This document shows, piece by piece, positions 55,640 to 64,000 of a stretch of 64,000 nucleotides of DNA. The notes under the pieces were generated by a model. The model did not search any database. It worked only from the letters and a program-made list of their open reading frames with translations, and was not told the origin of the DNA. Positions within the stretch are counted from its first letter, which is position 1, and every line of letters begins with the position of its first letter. Source of the stretch: Camelus dromedarius (lineage: Eukaryota); the NCBI RefSeq assembly GCF_036321535.1, contig NC_087437.1:92320001-92384000 (forward strand). The letters run 5' to 3'. The position numbers were made by a program, and so were the translations under genes.

Positions 55640-57110
55640 TACTATTTCAGAATGAAGAACTGTCTGAAGTATTTTCAAAAACTAAGAAGAAAGCATTTTC
55701 AGAAGTTATTTTGTTATGCTGTATAAATGTATCTGTAAAATATCTACACTCATTAGCAGAACTCAGTATCAAATTACACTTTGGAAATATTAGCACCTCT
55801 CTTTTTCTTTGGAAAAAATAAGTCCTCAGAGTCTCAAAAGCTTTATTTTTCACTATTTAAATTATGGCCTCTGCGTTATAAAGCTGTTGGCCTTCATGAT
55901 GATCTGAATAAGAAAAAAATAATGTTTTTCAGTTATTTCCACATGATTAACAGCCATTTGAAATAGAACGTTTTTAGCCCTAACAAAAAGGCTTTATCAC
56001 TTTATTAGAGAGTAATGCAATGTCTAAGATCTTTTTCCCTATTTAACTTCTACAGATTTGTTTTCTGGCTCAATACATACATAACAATATGCATTCTTTT
56101 ATCACTATTTGAACTTAAATGATTATTGTCTTGCACACACATTAATAAGTGACATACTATGTCCTTAAAAAGCTAATTATATATTTTTCTGACATTATAA
56201 CAATAATCTATTAAGTCTCAGAGTGAGTACAATTATTACCCAGATATCCAGACATTCACTGCTATGAAAATTGTTCTTAAAAATAATAATGATTACAAAT
56301 AATTATCCTTGTTTTTTCTTTTCCTTCGTTTAACACAAAAGATAACAATTAGATATTTCAAAAGTTAATATCTTAATTTATTTTAAATCGTATTTTAAAA
56401 TCTATGCTTTATCAAGTGCTAGTTTTGAGAATTTTAACTTCCTCAAGTATTTTAAAGTTTTTTCCTAATTCAGTTTATACTTACTCTAGACTATACACCT
56501 TATGAATCTTTTTATGCAGTGTTTTTCAAAATCATAATCACAGTGATGCAATAGATAAATAAATTACCTGCAGGATCGATAACCTTACAGAAGTATCCAT
56601 TTCATTTCATGTTCTATCTCTCCTTCTATCTTGATTTTTATCTTTATTAATATTTACACTGAATGATTAGCAAGACAAAAGTAGAGACAAATTTCCATCT
56701 AGACTTTGCATGCTATATCAGAATTTAAATTTGGTGGAAAACAATAGAAGCAAAATATGCAATATTTTACATGCTTCTATGTGCCAGACCCTGTCAGCCT
56801 TACAAATATGGTGTGGAATTCTCACAAAGACACTGTAAAATAGTTCCATTCCAACTTTATATATTAGAACGCTAAGACTCAGAGAGAGATGTTAAGTAAC
56901 GTATCCAGGTTGATGCAGAAAGCAAAGAATATTCACTTCAAAGCCTGTGTGTCCTTTTCCATACAGAGGGAATCCTGGACTTGTGTCTACAAATTGCATT
57001 TTTCAATATAAAATTGTTCAAGTACATTTGAGGTGCTGGTCTTGTTAGTTCATAGGCAAGTTTTAGTTGTTATCTGCAAACCCAGCATATTGTGGTGTAA
57101 CAAACAAATC
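55640..57110 (-). pseudogene. Gypsy reverse transcriptase and RT-RNase H linker remnant, split by a MIR
   Basis: VTPQYAGFAD, FKIRF..FE/YLI/LSFVLN (cf. FRTRFGHFEYLVMPFGLTN), YLGN..HSET (cf. YLDDILIYS), IEPENK..*, KAF/LGLKTFY (cf. FLGLANYY), FK*..KAFETLR..VLIFP. Confidence 0.75.
56760..56960 (-). mobile_element. MIR inserted in the Gypsy RT region
   Basis: ctatgtgccagaccctgt..ctcacaaa..actcagagagagatgttaagtaac. Confidence 0.7.
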
Positions 57111-58349
57111 CGAGAGCTGTCTCTCTTTGAGGAGCTGGTATGGGTAACAGGAAGTTATATAAGACACTTCCTGGCTTGGCTTAGACTGAAAGCTTGGGGA
57201 CAGCACATTCTACATTCCAAAGGAGACTGCCTTACATAATGTTCTAACAGAAGTAGTCAGACTCAGTCTTCAGCCCCTGACTCATATTAATGCTATAGAT
57301 GAGATGGAATGTTGGAAAACAGAAGTTTTATGGAGGATATTTTGGCACAAAGTTCCTAGGACTCCACTCCATCACGCTGTGGGAGAGAAGGTAAATGCTT
57401 TTTTCTTCACCTCATACTAAGAGAGAAAGACCTTAAGTCAGTTAATTAGAGAGTTTAGTATTTTCCTCCTTCAGTTTGAGGAAGCAGAGGGTCCCCGAGG
57501 CAGACTGGCCTGAGATGTCTGAGGATAAGAATGAGGAGTTACTAGTTTGATGGTGAGAGATGAGTCAGAAGGAGCACACTGGGGTCTGTCTGCACTCCAA
57601 GACTTCTCGTACCAAACGTTCCGTAAGTGTTCGTCAATCAGAGAGGTACCACACACAAGAACACTCTGGCATGGCATCATCTTAGAAACTGTTCCATAGG
57701 ACCATCCAAAGCAGTTTTACAACAGGCAAAAGTGGTAAAGTCAGTTTCAACATTTCTAGGCACTGTGGAAGGCACAAGTAGCCAGTTGAATTAAGAGGGT
57801 GTTTCCTATGGATGTAATTTAGAGATCTTTAGAAATAGTATATCTGTGAAGAGTCCCCCATCCCTACACACAAAAAGAATGCCACTTAATGTCAGTTCAC
57901 CTTTTTCTGACCAACCCAGCAATTGTGAAACCATTTGATAGAGCAAAATATTTGATATTTCATTTATTTTTCTTCTTTCCTCGAGCTTCCACTTTAGAGA
58001 AAATAAAACAGTTGATAAATTTTAGAGAAGGTGAATAAGGGAGAAAGAAGGCAGGCAATTATTCCCCTTTCCTGGGCAACTCATGGCTATGTTTAACCAT
58101 ATTACACAAGAGGAGAAGGAATAGCTGTAACTTTGAATGAATTTGGACACACTGAGTATTTTAAGTAGGCAGTTCAAATTGTCCTTTGTAACTTACAGTT
58201 TATTTTTATTAATTTTTATTAAACTTAAAATATTTGCTTAAGAATGCTAGAGGGAAAAATACATGAAAGTAATGAGATTTTACCCAGAGGTAGTGGGTAA
58301 ATATTCCAAAGTAAATAAGCTTCAAAAGAATATTGAAAGACAAAGTAAA

Positions 58350-59430
58350 ATGGCTTTGTGATTGAATTATAGGAGCCATATTTGTTTAAAATATGGTAAC
58401 ATAAGAGTTGGTTGATAAGATGGAATATGGCCTCTCTGGTATGCTGGATTCTATATTCCAATATTATCAACTTCTAAAACTAGGCTGGGTTATAAGAGAG
58501 ATAATAAACATAGAAAGCATTCCTAGCCTCTAAGAGCTTACTATCTGGTTTCACTTCTTGGTTTCCTCTGACATATGAACCAACTCATTTCAAATCAGGC
58601 TGTCAAGAAAATTCTCTTTATTTTGAAATAACTCTAGTCTCCACGAAAACTTTCATGTTTCTGCATGGTCAAGGATGAATAATTAAACGGCAAGCATGAT
58701 TTGGAGGTTAGAGATTGGTATTGCTCTGGAGTCATTTTCTTACTTTTTAGGGTAGAGAACTTCCTTGTGCTCCTCAGAGAACTGTTTTACATTTGAGAGC
58801 ATCTCTCTCTTTCTCCCTTTCTCTGGGAGGAGCAGGAGATGTGCCCATGTATGCTCTGAGTCTCCTTATTTTATGACTCGTCTCCTGTGATGCAATGCCT
58901 ACCGCACCTGCTGGTAGCATCTGGCTCTTGTTTTCTTCTCTGTGGGGAAATGGAGTATGGGAATCTGGTGCCACTAAGGTTGGTCTGTGAGTAAATAAAA
59001 AATCTATTGTCTGATCCAGAGGTCTAGGGTTTCTGTGCATGTGTGGTGGGGAGAGGACAGGGAGAGAAACAGTCTCAGACTAACTTGTTAGCTTGAAAAT
59101 AGGATAACATTTCAGAGCTTCTGCACAGCTTTGGACTTAACACTCCTCTAATATTTATAAGTTAACTGTTTCAGTCAGTTTTCTAGGCAAACCTAGAGCA
59201 CTTAGAGCTAAGTACTCATTTGATTCTATTATAAAAACTGAAACAACTCAGTATGTTATATTCACTCCCCAGATCTTCAAACTACTCTTCACTTTCCTAT
59301 ACTCTCCACCCATGTGGCCTCCAAGCTGTACGAGTCCCAGCATATAGTGTGTACTTCTCAAACCTACTGTCCATAAAAAAGACAAAAGCAGCTGAAAATG
59401 ATGGCTGTCATTGAGAGGAAACAACAAACA
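58350..59430 (-). pseudogene. Gypsy aspartic protease remnant, split by a MER110-like LTR
   Basis: LNDS..FMDSRF (cf. LIDSGA.GNFMD..F), WVESIG (cf. VEAIDG), HTREAIFHLI..ILNK/WLL*FN (cf. H.E.I.F.VI....ILG..WL..HNP). Confidence 0.6.
58601..59142 (+). mobile_element. ERV1 LTR (MER110/MER90-like) inserted in the Gypsy protease region
   Basis: ctgtgagtaaataaa..tgtctgatccag..ctaacttgttagcttgaaaataggataacatttcaga, similar to the 3' end of 43798-44334. Confidence 0.65.
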
Positions 59431-59499
59431 GCCTTAAGTGTTGTGTGAGAAAAGAGGAGAGGTAGACAAGATTTTGTCCTAAAGGAAATAAAGGGTTTA

Positions 59500-60920
59500 A
59501 GAGTTGTCTACATGTATCACAATTGAATTATGATTGTAAATACTAGCTCTTCCTTCCATCTCTTCGATGCCCCTTGATGGTTATCCTAAGGCAGTCTGGA
59601 TTCCATAGAACAGAGAACATCAGCTTACTGTGCACAGGCTCAGTGCATGTAAATTCTAATCCACTCATGGGTTAATCTAGATGGTCTTTATTGTGAGCCT
59701 TAGTCAGATTGAGAATGTCCAAGGGGCGAGCCTCTGAAATTTTGCTCCTATTTGTGAAAGTTAGAACATATGACGATGAAACCCATTTCCCTACTCCTGT
59801 CCTACCTTTGCTTCCACATGTCCCCCAATTTTGACTCCTGCTTTGTAATGTATCTCATAAAACCAGTAAAACGCAGGGCTCATGAATGGCCCACTTCAGT
59901 GAGCAGTTACTTTTAGCTGTTCTTTTGTCACCCATTAGCAGAATTCTAATACTATATATTCTCATAGCACATATCCTTTACAAGGAATACCTTTTTAAAG
60001 CAAAGTAGAATAATACTACTATTTCTTAGATTACTTCATGTTGACCTTGAAATAACTTTCATCTCTGGGACTGGTGAATTACACAGGTTATCATCTGTCA
60101 TTTACTACTTTGTTGCCATCTCACAGGATGACTTCCATCAGCATCTTCTACTCTGACCTTCTGTTTCTTCATTTATCAGAAAAAAGGGGCTGGATATGAC
60201 TAGGCTGCCCAATAGTTTCACTCAATATAACCAGGGTTTTAGCTTTTCTTAGCTGTTTCTTTGAGGAAAAACATGTGTTCCTACTTTCCAGTGTAACAGG
60301 GAAGAACAAACTGGACTCCGTATTAGATCTATTCCTTTCACTCTATCCCTGTGCTCTGTTTCCTGTGCTTAGTCATGCCAGTCTGGCAGCTTTTGTAAAA
60401 GAATGTTGTCTATAGCCTGAAATATAGAGGATAGCCCATTCTCAAGGCTTTGACCTTTAAGGGTAGAACACTTTTCCATTCATATGAAGATAAAAAGTTG
60501 CAGAATAGAGAATAATATTTGTCCTGTTACACATGAACAGGAACATCATGACCTGACCTAGGTGGACAGCTACAAGAACAAAGGATTCCAACACCAAGAA
60601 TTTGCAACAACAACCACACCCCTTCCCCTCTTTAGTATAAAAGGAGTCCGATTTCTGACTTGGGCAAGATGGTTCTCTAGGACAGTAGTTCTAGAGAACT
60701 GGAACCCCTATCTTCTCAGTCTGCTGGCTTTCCAAATAAAGTCAAGTTATTCCTCGCCCCAACACCTCATCTCCTGATTTATTGGCCTGTCATGCAACAA
60801 GCAGAATGAGTTTGGACTCAGTAACACCAAGATTACACACTTAACAGATTTTTTTAAACTCTGAGATCACTCTTGAGAATTATATTCATCAATCTGGAAA
60901 GTCTAGTGCTAATTTTCTCA
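59500..60920 (-). pseudogene. Gypsy gag remnant (capsid-like region and zinc-knuckle region), split by an ERV LTR
   Basis: Fragments resemble sushi/PEG10-type Gag: PE-FD..EFKKIC, EMKVI, AMRIYSI/EF (cf. SVREYSIEF), LLTEVGHS*ALR..FYE, PWTF..RLTIK..RL (cf. P.TL..LI.LAIRID.RL), RIT..RWKEEL-IY..TC. Many stops and frameshifts. Confidence 0.65.
60292..60826 (+). mobile_element. ERV1 solo LTR (MER41-like, artiodactyl type) inserted in the Gypsy gag
   Basis: tgtaacagggaagaacaaa start and gtaaca end; near-TSD CCAG/CCAA; TATAAAA at 60636-60642; AATAAA at 60735-60740. Confidence 0.85.
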
Positions 60921-62170
60921 GTAAGACCTGTGGAGCATTGGTTGGCTGCTAATGTTTCTATATCATCATTTTAAAAAACCATGTCATAGAGCATAAATGA
61001 GATTCTCATCTGTTACTCTATTAAAAGGAGCTCAGTCATAAGGAGAAAAACCAGGTCTGGGAGCACTGAACACAATCCTCTCAGGGAGCAATTGTACAGA
61101 ACCCCTTCATCTTGGTTTGCATTTTAATTTTAATTCTTAGTTATTGTTGTATTCTATATTCTCTGAACTACATGTTTCCTGTAGTTGCAAAGATGACCAA
61201 CTGATTAACCCTGTTCTGTGTTATTTATGGAGCAAAATATTGCTTTCTATACTTCTCATTTAGGGAGATCAGAAGTGACAAAACAGTTTGACAAGGAGCA
61301 AATACGTGACTTCATTTTCATGTGTCCACTAGTATCTCTTAAGCCACAATAAGTATTAATGTAGATGTTCCAGATGCTTACAGTGGACAAAGCTTAGTGA
61401 AGCAGCAAAGCAGAAGGCACTGTAAGCTGATTCCTCCCTAGATAACAGCCTCAGGATACTTTTGCCTTAGGACCTTTCTAGGAAGGAAACATACCATAAG
61501 AAAAGGGAATTTGAGAAAAAAGGAATAAAAAGATATCATATGTGGCTGTGGCTGGCATAGATTTTAAGCATATAGAGCTGTTCTTTTTTTTTTTTTTTAA
61601 TATGTCTTGTTTAAATAAAAAAGACCCTTCTATAATTTCTAGGCATTAATTTTTTACTTATATAGTCCAGAAATACTCTACTCCTACTCTTTCTTTGTGT
61701 TCATGGGCAAACAGGATTGGTCTGATACATCTCTTGCACATCTGGTTTTCCACACTTTCAACGTGGCAGGCCAAGGATGTAATACCTTGTTCCTTCTACC
61801 CAATAGGTCTGCATCACAGCATAGAGTTCAATCTAGGACCAAGCTGAGAGCTTCAAAAGTAGCCTATGTTGTCCCGGAAAAATACACGATTTTAAAGTAT
61901 TATTCTGGCATGAGAATACAGTTCTGTCTTTACCATCTTTCATCACATTTCCGATTTTTAGTAAAGTATTTGTAAAATAAATAAAGGACCAAGGGAAGTG
62001 ACAGACACTGAGGTGGGACTAAAGAATACTCTTCTCTGTGATTCAGTTTCCATATCTGTAAAATTTAGACTGTATTGCTTGAATGCTAAAATTCTTTCAA
62101 GATTTTGATATATAGAAATCTCTACTTAATTAGACTTGATTGGAATCATCATTTTAAAACATATACAGAA

Positions 62171-63649
62171 ATAAATTCACAGACCTATGGTCAATTAATC
62201 TTCAACAAAGGAGGCAAGAATATACAATGGAGAAAAGTCTCTTGAGAAAGCGGTGTTAGGAACACTGGAGATCCACATCAAACAAAGTTAAAAATCAACA
62301 AAGTTAGAACACTCCCTCACACCATACACAAAAATAAACCCAAAATGGCTTAAAGACTTAATTATAAAACAAGTCACTATAAACCTCCTAAAAGAAAACA
62401 TAGGCAAAACATTCTCTGACATAAATCTTAGCAATGTTCAACTAGGGCAGTAGAAATTAAAGCAAAAATTAACAAATAGGAATTAATTAAACTTACAAGC
62501 TTTTGCACAGTGAAGAAAACTATAAGCAAAACAAAATGGCAACCTACAGAATGGGAGAAAATATTTGCAAATGATGTACCTGAGACAGGTTTAATTTCCA
62601 GAATATATAAATAGCTCATACAACTTGAAAACAAAACAAAACAAACAAGCAAAACAACCCAGTTCAAAAATGGGCAGAAGACCTAAACAAGCAATTCTCC
62701 AATGAAGACATACAAATGGCCAATAGGCACAGGAAAAAATGCTCAATATAACTAATTATCAGAGAAATGTAAATCAAAACTACAATGAGGTATCCCCTCA
62801 TACCAGTTAGCACGGCCATCATGAAAAAGTCCAAAAATGATAAATGCTGGAGAGGGTGTGGAGAAAAGGGAACCCTCCTACACTGCTAGTGGGAATGTAG
62901 TTTGGTGTATCCATTATGGAAAACAGTATGGAGATTCCTCAACAAACTAAAATTAAACTTAATATATGAGCCAGCAATCCCACTCCTGGGCATGTATCCA
63001 GAGGGAACTCTAATTGGAAAAGATACATGCACCCCAGTGCTCACAGCAGCACTATTTAAAATAGCCAAGACATAGAAGCAACCTAAGTGTCCATTGACAG
63101 ATGACTGGACAAAGAAGCTGTGTATTTATACAATGGAATACTACTCAGCCATAAAAAATGCCATTTACAGCAACATAGATGGACGTGGAGATCATTATAA
63201 ATGAAGTAAGCTAGAAAGAGGAAGAAAAATACCATATGATATCACTCATATATGGAATCTAAAAAGAAAAAAGAAAAAATAGGATACCAATGAACTCATC
63301 TACAAAACAGAAACAGACTTGTAGACATAGTAAACAATCTTATGGTTACCAAGGAAAGGCAGTGGGAAGGGATAAACTTGGGCGTTAGAGTTTTGCAAAT
63401 GATAACCACTATATATAAAAACAGATTAAAAATTAATTTATTTTGTATAGCATAGGGAACTGTATTCAAGATCTTATAATAACCTTTAATTAAAAAGAAT
63501 ATGAAAACAAGTATATATATATTATATATATATAATATATATATACACACACACACATATGCATAACTGGGAGATTATGCTGTACACCAGAAATTGACAT
63601 GTTGCACACTGTAACTGACCACACTTAAATAAAAAAAAAAGTGCATAGA
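62171..63649 (+). mobile_element. Young lineage-specific L1, 5'-truncated (~1.5 kb)
   Basis: ORF2 3' region, 3'UTR and poly(A); exact 16-bp TSD taaaacatatacagaa (62155-62170 / 63650-63665) at a TTTT/AAAA endonuclease site. Confidence 0.95.
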
Positions 63650-63784
63650 TAAAACATATACAGAATATTTTTTGTATTGGATAACAGAAGTTGAATTATT
63701 TTTATTATAAATTAATGCTTAAGATGAATGGGTTATTTTAAGGGCCTTCTGCTAAGACTGTGCCAAGGGTACCAGTTACTACAC

Positions 63785-63865
63785 AAAGCAGTATAGTATA
63801 AAGACACCTCTTTGGATTCTCACAGACCCGGGCTTCAGTCCCTGCTCTGAGCCTCATCACTAAGG
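63785..63865 (+). mobile_element. MIR 5' fragment
   Basis: gcagtatagtat..cagacccgggcttcagtccctgctctg. Confidence 0.5.
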
Positions 63866-64000
63866 ATTAAGAAGATTAAAAAGGAGTTCAGAAGTAAAAT
63901 GCAAAACATGGCAATCAACACTTAAGTTATAAAAAGAAAAAAAAAAGAGAGAGAAAAAAATTTCATCTCTCCCTCTTTCCCACTTCTCTGCCTCTTCACA

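Larger units (their letters stand above)
54230..60920 (-). mobile_element. Fossil Ty3/Gypsy (sushi-ichi/chromovirus-like) gag-pol, frameshifted and interrupted by later insertions
   Basis: Manual minus-strand translation gives degenerate motifs in canonical gag-PR-RT-RH-IN-CHD order: EFKKIC (60844-60861), EMKVI (60051-60065), AMRIYSI/EF (59941-59968), LNDS..FMDSRF (59360-59415), FHLI..ILNK/WLL*FN (~58361-58443), VTPQYAGFAD (57072-57101), FE/YLI/LSFVLN (56328-56362), YLGN for YLDD (56235-56246), LGLKTFY (55963-55983), KAFETLR..VLIFP (55781-55844), LVTVDNVSK..LSD..WEHLCRVL..VNQ..YL (ORF 54730-55044), DVIRDVR..VK*..GYS..WE (54235-54348). Confidence 0.85.

Noticed and set aside
53000..62100. Paired LTRs, PBS and PPT for the Gypsy fossil
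   Set aside because: No direct repeat pair was visible by eye. A purine-rich tract on the minus strand near 54190-54225 is suggestive but not diagnostic
1..64000. Prokaryotic systems (operons, CRISPR arrays, defence islands)
   Set aside because: The sequence is mammalian repeat-rich DNA with no long ORFs or repeat-spacer arrays

Overview
AT-rich, CpG-poor mammalian non-coding DNA. It is most likely from a camelid: three tRNA-derived Vic-1-type SINEs are present, and no ruminant Bov-A/BovB or CHR SINEs were seen. I found no intact protein-coding gene, RNA gene or CRISPR array. The short ORFs are chance ORFs or repeat remnants. The window holds many interspersed repeats: young and old L1, L2, L3/CR1, MIR, MaLR LTRs, ERV1-type solo LTRs with 4-bp TSDs, and hAT MITEs. 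The main discovery is on the minus strand at about 54,230-60,920, which reads as a heavily decayed but nearly full-length, colinear Ty3/Gypsy retrotransposon of the sushi-ichi/chromovirus type (the class ancestral to PEG10/RTL genes). Its order is gag CA, zinc knuckle, protease, RT, RNase H linker, integrase (HHCC, DDE core, GPY/F), chromodomain. Later MIR, MER3 and ERV-LTR insertions interrupt it. Its integrase core is still a 104-codon open frame and is flanked by good splice signals. Repeat family names come from remembered consensus sequences, not database searches, so subfamily calls are provisional.
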